A stretch of DNA of 64,000 bases. It comes from Chiloscyllium plagiosum (lineage: Eukaryota). Each line of letters opens with the position of its first letter. The first letter of the stretch is position 1. The notes beneath the pieces were generated by a model that was not told where the DNA came from, did no database searches, and worked only from the letters and a program-made list of their open reading frames with translations. Positions 51,960-64,000 of this stretch are shown piece by piece. The translations under genes and the position numbers were made by a program. Location: assembly GCF_004010195.1 (NCBI RefSeq), contig NC_057726.1, positions 14,828,572-14,892,571 of the forward strand. Direction: 5' to 3'.

Positions 51960-52750
51960 TCTGAAACGAAGCCTTCTGCTAAACATCTGGAAAATTAAAG
52001 TCCTCTCTCAACCAACTGTCCGAGCAAAACTTGCCAATCTTTGAATTGACATCAACAGTGAAGTTTTGGAAAATGGGGATTATTTTCCATATCTTGGGAG
52101 CCTCTTCTCGATTAGAGGTAGATGACGGAATTCATCATTGCTTTCAGTGTGCTAACTCAACCTTCAGTTAGTTGAGGAAAAGGTTTGGAGAACTAGGATC
52201 TAAATTTGTGTGATCATCAGTGATCCCTGTATGGTTTGGAGATTTGGATGACCTACAGCAGGCACCTTTGCAAGCTTCAGTACCAAGAAAGACAATCCAG
52301 CAGCAACATCCTCTTCCAAGCCAACTTGGCCAGCAGCATGGCATTCAAGATCAGCTCTGTCACTTATGTGCCTGATACCAGACCCCAAAAGCCATTGCTG
52401 TACTCTGAACTCTGGAGACTCCCAGGTGGAGAGCAGAAGCATTGATTCTCAAAGCATTCCTGAAGAGTTTAAACAACACAACGTCTTATGATCGACCCCG
52501 GATTATGACCGTCCAAAATGGAGAAAGCTTCTTTGGGAAGGATAAAAGCACTTTGAGCAATTTCTATTAAGAATAGAATAGAGGCCAAATCAAGGCTTCG
52601 GAGGAAGCACACAAACTTCCAAACAACTCATCTATCCAACTGGTCAAGCAGCACCTGTCTCTTTCATATATGGTCACCACTGGATATCATGCAATGGACT
52701 TACCTCCTATCTCAAACCCGTCAAAATGGAACAGAAGCAAGTCAGCTTCA
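51960..52750 (+). mobile_element. Decayed RTE-clade LINE fragment
   Basis: EVLENGDYFPYLGS motif, D.RPQKPLLYSEL. Confidence 0.55.
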
Positions 52751-53604
52751 ATCCAAAAGGGCTACCTGGGGAAGCATCTTCAATTTCACCTGGCAGTTCA
52801 GCAGAGCCATGGCATCTATAAAGAAGGCATTGATGTCTTTATCTTCAGACAAAAGGAAAATAAGTGACACCTAAATTAGAGATGCATGTTAATGATTTCC
52901 CATTAGTCTGACTTGATTCAAATCAAAGCTGACATGTCTTGTTAGTTTGTCGACAGACTTTATTTCACATGAATATTGGTTTCCTTGCTAGATAATTTGA
53001 TTGAGCTTCTAAATCTACAAAGATATTTTCCTCTTGGCCTACAGTAAATTGTGCCTCATACATAAACTAGGCAGTGCATGATTGCTTTGATCTGATACAG
53101 TCTTACGGATCCTGATATAAACTGCCATGGCATATACCAGAAGTAGTTTAGATTTCTTGTGAGACAGATGAAAGTCTGTAGGCAGCCTTCAACTTAAGAC
53201 TGTTCCAGTTTTCCCTATCACAGTGTTAAGTTCACTGAATTTCTTAGATGACTGACTGGTAGCTGGTGTGCTTTTGGGAGGAGTAAATGATCACTATTGT
53301 GTAGGCATTTTCTCCAGATGAAGTATAAACCAGATCGATAAGAGTATCGCATGGCACTGTGCAGTTCCCCCTTCAGTGCTTTTTAATTGTTTCCCTCAAT
53401 ACTCAAACTGACAGAACTTCAAATCTAGAGAATTGTGCAATCCAATTGTAAATGTCCTGGTTGGCATAAAATTTGTCGTTTCATGCTATAACTGCTGGTT
53501 CACTACATTAACTCTGTGTCATTCTGTATGGAAGACAGAGCTACAGGTAATGGCACTATCCAGGAAAGTGGAGCTGTGTCTGATGTTTAATTGTAAGAGT
53601 TACT

Positions 53605-54265
53605 TGATTTGATTTAATTTATTATTGTTACATGTACCTAGGTACAGTGAAAAGTATTGTTTTGCATGCAATATAGGCAAAGCATATCTTACAAAGAATC
53701 ATAAGGTGATTTGAATAGAGTGAGATATGTAATGTTTCGGTTGCAAAGAAGATGCGTAAAAAGCAAGATTAATAGGAGAATTGAAATTTGAGCGCACCGC
53801 TCAGAAGTCTAATAACAGCAGGGAAAAATATGTTCTTTGTTGGTATGTGTATTTAAGCTTTTGTATCTCCAGCCTGACGGAAGAGGTTGGAAGAGATTGT
53901 AACGTGGGTGGGAGGGGTTTTTGATTTTCCCCAACATCGCGAGCATTCTTCCTGCATCTAGCCTGTCCAGTCCCATCCGGACTTAATATGTTTCTATGAG
54001 ATCCTCCCCTCGTTCTTCGAAATTCCAGCGAGTACAAACCCAGTCAATGTAGTCTTTCATCATGTGTCAATCCAAGGCAGTGAGAAGTGTAGATGGAGTC
54101 AATGGATGGAAGGTTGGCTTGCTTGATGGAGAGGGCTGTGTTCACAACTTTCTGTAGTTTATTATGGTGCTGGGCAGAGCAATTGCCATACCAAGCTGTG
54201 ATGCATCCAGATAGAATGCTTTCTATGGTGCAGCTGTAAAAGTTGATGAGAGTCCTTCTAGACAG
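53605..54265 (-). mobile_element. Rex1-type LINE 3' fragment containing a ~140-bp CR1 piece (about 53930-54072)
   Basis: FYSCTIESILSGCITAWYGNCSAQ..KLQKVVNTA and a (TTTGA)n tail. Confidence 0.7.
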
Positions 54266-55189
54266 TGAGTTTGTTTTAGATGTGTAAAATATGTTAAGAT
54301 TCAACTTCAACTGCACTTATATTTATTTACTCATGCGTTGTGGAAGTCGCTGGCTAAACCATCATTTATTGCCCATCTCTTACTACTCGGGAGAAGGCAA
54401 TTAAGAAGGTGTGTATTTGATTTCTTTTGTGTTTGATTTCAGTATGACTGTATCAGCTGAAGCTCCAGCAGTGTTTTCAGTACACTTTCTCTTCAGGAGT
54501 CTGACAGAGAGTAGAAACAGCCTTGGCAATCATAGATAGTAGAAGGTAGATGCAAGAATTGAAGTATCTCAGCTTCACCAGTTCTACTGATCGTATGGCC
54601 TTGGCATCTACTCCATTTAAGGAAAGCTGGATTGGCCCTAATGTTCCGTCACATGGAGAATCTGAAATTACCCACCGTGATGTGAACTCGCAAGCTTTCC
54701 TCTTCAGCATAGTGTATTTTAACATTTATCTTTGCCAGTTCTTTTCTCCACGTATGATTACCATGTTTGTAGTGGTGTTACCAAAGTGACCAAAACATCG
54801 TCATGCCTGGGGATGAGACAAATCTTACCATCTGACTGACGTGTCTGATAATTGACACTTTGAATTCTAATCACAAGCATTCTCTCTCAATCCTGGACAA
54901 CGCCACAAAGCTAACATCAGGACAAACTAATAGTTTTTGAGACCATTACTTCTGCCGTTGTTTAGTGATCGTTTTTCAGACCATGCCTCCTTGTCAGCAT
55001 CTCTCTCTTGACATTCTGTCAGACTTGTTGATGTGTGTTTGCAGAGTGCTAACTTCTTATTTACCACAATTTTAATCCACTTCTCTGTAGATGGGTCCCT
55101 GTTAGTGAACCTACACTTCTTTGAAATTTGAGCTGTAGTTTATAGAATCAAAGAATTCCTACAGTGCAGGTAGAGAACATTTGGCCCGT

Positions 55190-55445
55190 CAAGTTTGTAC
55201 AAACTCTATGCCTGTAACCCAGCATTTACCATTGCTCATACACCAACCTTGCACATCCCTGGACATTACGGTACAATTTACTGTGGCCAATCCATTTAAC
55301 CTGCACATCTTTAGACTGTGAGAGGAAACTGGAGCACCTGGCAGAAACCCACACAGATGCTGGGAGAATGTGCAAACTCCACAGTGACCCATGGGTGGAA
55401 TTGAACCCTGGGTCCCTGCTGCTGTGAGGTAGTAGTGCTCTTGGT
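55190..55445 (-). mobile_element. Older HE1-related V-SINE (another copy at about 57195-57470)
   Basis: V-domain gggagaatgtgcaaactccaca and a tRNA-like head on the minus strand. Confidence 0.7.
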
Positions 55446-55529
55446 TAATCACACCCTCAAGTTATTAAGCTTGTGTTTTCTCTGGTTCTAACAGATGATT
55501 TTCACTGTATCAGAACTTTGCAACTGTGT

Positions 55530-56130
55530 TACAACTTCATAAAACTTTGATTAGACCACCATGGATGGAACACCGTATACGTGGAGGCTCTGAAGTTACC
55601 CACAGAGACATGAACTCACAAGTTCACCTGGAAGGATGTGATTGCATTGGACAGGACGCAGAGAAGATTCACAAGGATGTTGCCTTGGATGAAAGGTTTC
55701 AGTTATGAGGAGTGAATGGGTTTGTTTTCCTTGAAACAGAGGAGGTGAAGGGGGTGATCTTACTGAAGTATGCAAAATTGAGAGGTATAAAATAGGGTAG
55801 ATAATGAGAATCTTTTCCCCATGTCAGATGTGTCTAAAACCAGAGGGCACAAATTTAACCTGAAGAGTAAATGGTTCAGAGGAGATCTGAGAAAACATCT
55901 TTTCACTCAGCGGGTTGTGGGCACTTGGAAATTGCTGCCTGAGGAGGTGATGGAGGGAGGAACTCTCAACATTTTTAAGAAGCATCTGGATAAGTACTTA
56001 AAATGCCAGGGCACAGCATGCTATGGACAACGTGCAGGTAAATGGGATTAGTGTAGTTTGATGTTCGTTGGTTGGCACAGACATGGTGGGCCGCAGGGCC
56101 TGTTTCATTGCTGTATGGCTCTATGACATC
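55530..56130 (+). mobile_element. CR1 LINE 3' fragment
   Basis: SKTRGHKFNLK..FRGDLRKHLFTQRVV..W..LPEEV. Confidence 0.8.
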
Positions 56131-58427
56131 TAACCTTGTTGTAAAGTTTGCAGTGACCATTGCAATGTAAAAGTTGTACAGCATTCATATGCTGGTTCTC
56201 TTTGATGGAGGCCATTCAGAATACTGTAGTTAGCCAGTGAAATTTTCCAAACTTTTGGAGTTGATGTAGTTCATGCTGATGCAGCTCAATGTGACATTTG
56301 GCATAGCTTCTAAATATTGCAAACAAACCATCTTATCGAAATTCATGTAGTGTGTCCACTATTCCAAAACATTCCCAGCCATTTGTTGTATAATTTTCTT
56401 TGCAGAAGCTGAGGTCAGACTGCAACATTTAATCTTGGAGCTCCTGATGCACCATGCAGGTCAAGCCAATACACCGTGGTTAGTTATCCACATTACAGCT
56501 CATTAACCTTTTGTTGTTGTCGCTGTTTCAGTTCTTGAGCTTTTCTGTAATTCTTGGAATCTGCTTTAAACCTCAGCGCAAGTGATTCATTTCAGTGGTG
56601 TATTTCAATGCCCCATTCTTCCATCATTTTAGTCTATATACCTTCTCGAAAAGAAAATGTTCAGCATTATATACATGATGTCAGAAAATATTCACATTGC
56701 TTCTGCAACAAATGACACTTAAGACTTGCTTTAACCCTAGACTGACTCCTGAGGGTTTTTTTTTGCAGATGGATTCTAACAAAAAATAACCTTGGACAGC
56801 TATTGTTACAAAAAAAATTGATTCTTGAGTTGTGGAGCACAAGATCCTTGAAAGTTGCAAATGTCCTTTTAGAACCAAGATTTCATGAGTATAAGCTGTT
56901 AAAAGCAGAACACATTTTTGGTCAAACCTATTATTGAAGGGTTGTTCATTGAAATGTATTAAATGGGAGAAAAAGAGTCAGTTGCTCCCTGTTACAATTA
57001 CTGTAATGTTGTTTCAACACACGCTGGTGTTTTGCATGGAGCTGGAAGATTAGTCACCATATTTATTTCCGTTCTCTACTCAAGAGACATGGACATCACT
57101 GGCTGGGCCAGCATTTATTGCTTGTTATTAATTGTCCTTGAGAAGGTGGTAGCAAGCTTCCTTCGTAGGCTGAATGGGATTCTATGATTCTTCTATCAAG
57201 TCCACAGTGACCCTCAGAAGCGCTTCCCATCTAGACCCACCCATCCCTGTAATTACACTGGTTAATCCACCCAGCCTGCACAATCCTGGACACTATGGGG
57301 CTATTTCCCATGGCTAATCCACCTAAGCTGCATCTCTTTGGACTGTGGCACGAAACCCATGTGGTCACAGGGAGAATGTGCAAACTGCACAAACCAATCT
57401 GCCTGAGGGTGGAATTGAACCTGGGCCCCTGGTGCTGTGAGGCAGCAGTGCTAATCACTGAGCCATTGTACCATGATTGAATCTCTGCAGTCCACATGCC
57501 ATAGACCTACAGTGCTATTAGGAAGGAGTTCTCGGATTTTGACCTAGCATCAGTGAAGGAACAGCAATATATTTCCAACTCAGGATGGAGAGTGGGTGAA
57601 CAGGAATTTGTAGGTGATGGCATTCCCATGTATCTGCTGCCCTTGTCCATCTAGATGGAAACAGTCATGGGTTTGAAAGGTGTTGCCTCAGGACTTCTGG
57701 CGGGAAATGCATGGGAGCAGCACCAGCTGCAAGCTCCCTCCAATTCGCACATCCTCTATATCTATGCTCCTTCATTGTCGCTGGGCAAAATCCTGGCTCT
57801 AGGATCAGAGGCCATAAGGTCAAATAAGGGATCACTCATTTAAGACAGATGGGGGACAATTTCTTCTCTGAGTGGGTAGTGAATTGGTGGAATTCTTTAC
57901 CACAGAAGGCTTCCAAGTTTGTGACATTAAGTATATTCAAGGCTGAGATTGACAGACTTTTAATCATCAAGGGAATCAAAGCTTTTGGAGGAAAAGGCAG
58001 GAAAGTGGAGTTGAGGATTGAGATCTGCCATGACCTCACTGAAGACAGGGCAGGCCCAGTGGGTTGAATGGCCTATACTGCATCTATATCTTACGATTTA
58101 GAAATCTTGTCGATAGTACACACTGCTGCTATTGAGCGTCAGTGGTGGAATGACTGAATGTTTGTGGATGTGGTGCCAGTCAAGCGAGCTGCTTTTTTCT
58201 GGATGGTGTCGACCTTCAGGAATGTTTAAAGTATAACAGTTCAGATCCAGAAAGTCAAGTAATGGAGGACGAAAGTGGAGCCATCCTTCACACACTTTTG
58301 TCAGACTTTAATTACCGTGATACACTTTACGAAAATGCATCTTCCAACCCAATCGGTGGTGTTTCTGCTCGTTCCTACCTCCAGGGACACAAATGAATCC
58401 CCTGTTAATGGCCAGTACCTGTATATA

Positions 58428-58596
58428 CAGAGGAACCTCGATTATCTAAACGTTTCGGGCGACGAGTATTTTGTTCACATAATCGAATGTTTGGATAATC
58501 AAATGCCGGATAACACAGTTTAGCCAAGCATTGGGACCTTGCAGTCTTGTCCAAATAATCCAAAATTTGGATAATTGAATGCTGGATATTCCTCTG
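58428..58596. mobile_element. Tc1/mariner (pogo/Tigger-like) MITE
   Basis: TA|CAGAGGAA...TTCCTCTG|TA terminal inverted repeats with a TA TSD, and reiterated ggataatcgaatg-like sub-terminal motifs. Confidence 0.75.
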
Positions 58597-59457
58597 TATA
58601 TTGAATGTATGACGAACACAAGCTTGTGCACGGCCAGCATCTCCAAGCAGCAACAGATGGAGGTCAGTGTAGATCTGCCAGCAGCTGATGGTGTGGGGCA
58701 TGTTGTAATGACCAAGATTGGAAATCTCACCCATTATGTGTTCAGAAATGTCATGCACGAAGAAGCTTGTGGTCTTTGTGGAGATGCTTATGCCACTTGA
58801 TGAAGTGTTTTTGAGGATGGAGATGAAGCAGCTGTCCTTCCTCCACCTTTTCCATTCCCTTCCTTTATCTCTCACTTTAATCCAGACTGTTTTGACTCCT
58901 CTCTTGGGAGGTGATTTCCTCTACTCCAGCTTTTAGTTGCTTTCTGCGTCAGAGTTCAGTTCCTGTTAGCAAATCCCATCATCATAATCTTCCTTACCGA
59001 AACAGTGAATATCTTTAAAGTAATTGAAACATCTGTGATTTATCATCCCCTTTACAATTTGTCTGAAATCCCCCTGCAGTTTCAGTGATACATTTCTCTC
59101 TGGTTAACAAATTATGATAAATCGTCAGATAACTTTTGCTGTTGACAGTTTTTCTGTTCAAGATCTCGGGTGAGCTAAGGAAATAAAATATTTTTAAAAA
59201 ATCATTCAATGAAGCTGACATCCTAATTTTCTGGTATATCTCCAGATAGTTCATAGCTTCTGAATAGGTTAAATCATTACTTGATCACAAAATATTATCT
59301 CTCTTGCACCTTTCTTAAGTTTAGGTTCACCATCCATGTTGGAAAATAGTCTTTGTCTCCAAGGACTCACCAGGGTCAAAGGTACCTTCTCCCTTCGGAT
59401 ATATGGCATCATTTCGAACAGTGACTGTCAGTCACCCATTAGGTTCAATGGTACAGT

Positions 59458-59860
59458 GACAAAAACAGAAATTGCTGCAAAGGCTCAGCAGGTCTGGCAG
59501 AATCCATGGAGAGAAATCAGAGTTAATGTTTCTGGTTCAGTGACTCTTCCTCAGAAATAATGGTAGCTAGGAAAAAGTTTTTTTTAATGTGTGCGTATAG
59601 AATATAGGGTTGGGGGAAGGGTCAGAGTCCAAAGAGAGGGAAGAACAGCCAGGGCAAGACAAAGGAGTGGATAACGATCAGCCTGGGAGAATGAATAGCT
59701 ATTATTGGGCAATTAGTGGCTAACGATGGGTGGTGTGTAGTAGCAGACTGTGCAATAACCACGTGTGTGTGTGTTAAGGTAAGGATATAGAAGAAGGTGC
59801 CTCCAGCCCTAAAATTGTTGAACTTGATATTGAGACACAAGGCTGTAGAGTTCCCAAGTG
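59458..59860 (-). mobile_element. Penelope-like (Neptune-type) 3' fragment with hammerhead motif at 59522-59555
   Basis: Reverse complement LGNSTALCLNIKFNNFR, then tCTGAGGAagagtcactgaaccaGAAAcatt. Confidence 0.65.
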
Positions 59861-60619
59861 TGTCCACAGCCTTTGCTATATCTAGTATCCGCAGTCAATT
59901 CTTGATGTGACATGGAGTGATTTGAATTGGCTCTCCCATCATTGAGGATGGGGATATCTATGAAAGTCCCTTTCTCTGGTTTATCACTTGTTGTTAACCC
60001 ACATTGGAGACCAGATCTGTAAGGATTGTGCCTAAAATGTTTGATTTAAGTAATTTCAAAGCACGATCCAAATTTATGAGAAAGATATGGTAACTTGATC
60101 TGTCCAGCTTTCCCATCCTTTCTCTCTGTAGCTCAGTCAGACATGCCTAAACATATTTAATGTGACTGACCTATTTTTGTGCTAATCTTAGCTGACATCT
60201 GCTGCGTCAGCGTCTCCGTTTCTATCTGAGCATGTTGGATTTGCTGCTGCAATTCAACCTGAATTGTCTCCCTCTTGATATTGAGTGACCAGCGTAAAAG
60301 GGAATGATGCTGCATTCTGACTTCATGCTTCTCTGCATGCTGATTGCTAGTGGTCTGTCAATGTGCGTGTCTCTGTGTATGTCTCTCTCTCGTTTTTGTT
60401 AGAGTTCAGTGTGTGCTATAGCCCCATTTCTCTATAGAGGAATGTTATTACAGACTGTGTAGCTCGACCCCAGTCCATACAAAGTCAGCTGGGGACCACT
60501 GAAGAGAAAATTGGAACAGGAATAAGAATGAAGTGGGAGCAGCAGCAGGCTAGACAGCCCAAGGAGCCCCTAACCATTCAGTAAGATCTCTATAACCCTC
60601 AAGCATGCTAGTCTTCATA

Positions 60620-61835
60620 TTAAGAGGATTTGAATGTAGGAGTAGGGATGTCCTGCCATAGTTGTACAGGGCCTTGGTGAGGCCACACCTTGATTACTGT
60701 GTGTAGTTTTGGTCTCCTTATCTGAGGAAGGACATTCTTGCTCTTGTCAGAGTCCAGCGAAGATTCACCAGACTGATTCCTGGGACAGCAGAACTGACAC
60801 ACGAAGAAAAACTACATTGACTGGGCTTGTACTCACTGGAATTTCGAATAATGAGTGGGGAATCTCTTAGAAATCCAGATAGGACTGGACAGGCTAGATG
60901 TGGGAAGCATATACCAAATAGAGTCATAGAGATGTACAGCATGGAAACAGACTCTTTGGTCCAACCTGTCCAATCCGACCAGATATCCCAACCCAATCTA
61001 GTCCCACCTGCCAGCACCCAGCCCATATCCCTCCAAACCCTTCCTATTTATACACCCATCCAAATGCCTCTTAAATGTTGCAATTGTACCAGCCTCCACC
61101 ACCTTCTCTGGCCTATGCCCTCTAGTTCTGGACTCCCCAACCCCAGGGAAAAGACTTTGCCTATTTACCCTATCCATGCCCCTCATAATTTTGTAAACCT
61201 TCATAAGGTCACCCCTCATCCTCCAGGGAAAACAGCCCCAGCCTGTTCAGCCTCCCCGTATAGCTCAATTCCTCCAATCCTGGCAACATCCTTGTAAATC
61301 TTTTCTGAACCCTTTCAATTTTCACAACATCTTGCCGATAGGAAGACCAGAATTGCACGCAATATTCCAACAGTGGCCTAACCAATGTCCTGTACAGCCG
61401 CAACATGACCTCCCAACTCCTGTACTCAATACTCTGACCAATAAAAGGAAAGCATACCAAATGCCTTCTTCACTATCCTATCTACCTGCAACTCCACTTT
61501 CAAGGAGCTATGAACCTGCACTCCAAGGTCTCTTTGTTCAGCAACACTCCGGGGTCACAGTCCAAGAATAAGGGATAAACTACTCAGGATTGAGATGAGA
61601 AAGAGTTTCTTCACTCAAAGTTGTGAACCTGTGGAAATTCTCTCCCACAGAAAGCTGTTGGGGCTAGTTCTTTAGATATATTCAAGTGGGAGCTGGACGT
61701 GGCCCTTGCAGCTAAAAGGAGCAGTGGGTATGGAGAGAAAGTGGGAATGAGATACTGAGATCAGCCATGATCATATTGAATGGTGGTGCAGGTTCGAAGG
61801 GCCGAATGGCCTACTCTTGCACCTATTTTCTATGC
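60620..61835. mobile_element. CR1 (+) interrupted by a younger inverted CR1 (-) at about 60917-61548
   Basis: The plus-strand CR1 3' part resumes at about 61550. The minus copy is closely similar to 9975-10685. Confidence 0.8.
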
Positions 61836-62544
61836 TTAATTTTGTGTTCTATAATTAGGAGAGCTGATCACCTAGTCGTAATGTTGCTGTGCCATTAATA
61901 CCCAGGTAATATTCAGGAGACATGAGTCAAATCCCATCATGGCAAATGATGGGATTTAAATTCAGTAAAAATCTGCAATTAAGCAATAAAAACCATCATC
62001 GATTGTCATTAAAAACTGGTTCACTGATGTCCTTTATGGAAGAAAACTGTGTATGATTCCAAGTGTGACTCCAGACTCACTACTGTGTGGTTCAGTTTGC
62101 ACTGCCTTCTGAAATGTCCGAACCATCCCTTCAGTTGTTTCAATCACCAGAAAATCTCAAAAAAACATGAAACCAGACAGATCACCTGGCACCAGAAATA
62201 ACAACAACACGCGCTGCTTCGTTGACCCGGGAGAGGCCTTCTTATTGAGGAGCTAATGGCACACATCACATTCATGGAATTGTACCTCATACAAAATATC
62301 ACAAACCACCATCACCGTCCTGGGTATATCCCGTCCCCTCAGCTTGACAGATGCAGCAGAGGTGGTGGTTCTGTGATATGCAAGTGGAGGGGAGTTTGTC
62401 CTGAGAATCCTCAAAATTGACTCCAGACCTGATGAAATCTCACGACATCAGGTCAAATATCAGCAAGGAAACTGCCTGCTGATTACCGATTACCTCGGAT
62501 CCCCTATCTCCTCTCAAGCTGATGAATCATACTGTTCCATATTG

Positions 62545-62752
62545 TTAAAAATCACACAACACCAGGTTATAGTCCAACAGGTTTGTTTGGAAGCACACTA
62601 GCTTTCAGAGCACTGCTTCCTCATCAGGTAGCTAGATGAAGGAGCAGTGCTCCGAAAGCTAGTGCTTCCAAATAAACCTGCTGAACTATAACCTGGTGTT
62701 GTTTGATTTTTAACTTTGTCCACCCCAGTCCAACACCGGCTCCTCCACATCA
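62545..62752 (+). mobile_element. Palindromic non-autonomous Penelope-derived mini-element with a hammerhead motif on each strand
   Basis: 12-bp TSD tgttccatattg (62533-62544, 62753-62764). Inverted arms at about 62545-62626 and 62634-62713 around TAGCTA, plus a ~39-nt tail. Confidence 0.85.
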
Positions 62753-62769
62753 TGTTCCATATTGGATGG

Positions 62770-63335
62770 CATTTGAAGAAAGCACAGAATACAAAAGTAG
62801 AGATATAATGATGAAACAGGAATATTGTGTGCTGTTCTGGTCACCACATCACAGGAAGAATGTAAATGCTGTGGAGAGAATGCAGAGAAGATGTTGCTGG
62901 GGCTGGAGAATTGTAGCCACGTGGAGAGATTGGGGTTGTTTTCCTTAGAATAAGAAGGCTGAGGGGCAACGTGATTGAGGTATACAAAGTTCTGTGGGGT
63001 TGAGGGAGTAGACAAAAGAACCTGTTTCCCTTGGCAGAGAGTTCAAAAGCCAGGTGGTCATAGATTCAAGCTAAGTGGCAGAAGGATTAGAGGAAAAACA
63101 TTTTTATGCAGAGTGTGGTCAGTGTCCGGAATTCGCTGCCTGAGTTGGTGATGGAGGCAAAAATCCTACTCTCTGTTTAAAAAGTACTTGGGTCTGCACC
63201 TTAAGTGCTGTAAGCTGTGGTACAAAGGGCTGGGGATATGAAGGGAGATGGGATTAGAAAAGGTATTTAGGTGTTATTGGGTTGGCATGGGAAGATGGGG
63301 CCAAATGGCCCCCTTCTGTGCTGTATCATTTCTAG
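62770..63335 (+). mobile_element. CR1 LINE 3' fragment
   Basis: EYKSRDIM..EYCVLFWSPHHRK..ERMQRR and a CR1 3' UTR. Confidence 0.7.
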
Positions 63336-63584
63336 GTTCACTGAGGGTGTTTACCAGTCCTACTGATCTAGCCTGGTCAAGTCCTAAAGGACTGAGCCGT
63401 CAGACTAATCCTGTAGCAGATGGTGAGGAACCAACAAGGGGGATGAACATTCTTGATCTCACACTCACCAGTCTGCCTGCTGCAGATACATCTGTCCATG
63501 ACAGTATTGTATATAAGAATGACCACTGCACATTATGTGTGTTGACAAAGTCCCACCTTCACATTGATGACACCCTCTGTCACG

Positions 63585-64000
63585 TCGAGTGGAAAAAACT
63601 AAAGAGATGCTTGTTGTCTTCAGGAGGGCATGGAGTGACCACTCTCCACTTGACATTGATGGCTCCCCTGTGGAGATCGTGAAGAGCACCAAATTTCCTG
63701 GCGTCCACCTGGCGGAAAATCTCACCTGGTCCCTCAACACCGGCTCCATAGCCAAGAAAGCCCAGCAGCATCTCTACTTTCTGCATAGGTTGAGAAAAGC
63801 CCCCCCCATCCCCCCCATCCTCACCACATTCTGCAGAGGGTTCATTGAGAGCACACTGAGCTGCTGCATTACTGCCTGGTTCAGGAATTGCGCCGTCTTT
63901 GATCGTAAGACCCTACAACAGATAGTGAGGACAGCTGAGAAGATCATTGGGGTCTCTCTTCCCTCTGTTACAGACATTTACTCCACACGCTGCATCTGAG
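63585..64000 (+). mobile_element. Rex1-type LINE RT C-terminal fragment (runs off the window)
   Basis: KTKEMLVVFRR..KF.GVHL..NLTWS.N...AKKAQQHLYFL.RLRK..IESTLSCCITAWF. Confidence 0.8.

Noticed and set aside
58440-58590. Short repeated motifs resembling a CRISPR array
   Set aside because: Irregular, degenerate sub-terminal repeats of a MITE in a vertebrate genome. No cas genes.
39042-64000. CDYL2 exon 2 (VERIVDKRKNKKG...)
   Set aside because: No such sequence seen in the ORF track or by eye. It is presumably beyond the window.

Overview
Eukaryotic, repeat-dominated genomic DNA from a cartilaginous fish. The evidence is HE1-type V-SINEs, Deu-domain SINEs and shark-type CR1, Rex1 and Penelope repeats; it is most likely a shark. 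The only host gene I can support is the 5' end of CDYL2 on the + strand: a CpG-rich promoter at about 38.7-40.5 kb and a 24-nt first coding exon (MASGDLYE, 39018-39041). A long intron follows and runs past the window end. The rest is nested retroelement debris plus three assembly gaps. Highlights: (1) a defective class I (gamma/epsilon-like) endogenous retrovirus at 15356-19576 with two LTRs, a tRNA-Pro PBS, gag, a partial protease and an env remnant. Its pol gene is replaced by an inverted LTR fragment and a perfect 27-bp hairpin, and another LTR fragment sits 2.3 kb upstream inside a 105-bp tandem duplication. (2) At least ten minimal hammerhead-ribozyme motifs carried by several Penelope-like families, including about 200-bp TSD-flanked palindromic mini-elements with a hammerhead motif on each strand. 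(3) Candidate alternative CDYL2 first/micro-exons that would bypass the exon encoding the first aromatic-cage tyrosine of the chromodomain. Repeat boundaries were read by eye and are approximate unless a TSD or terminal motif is quoted.
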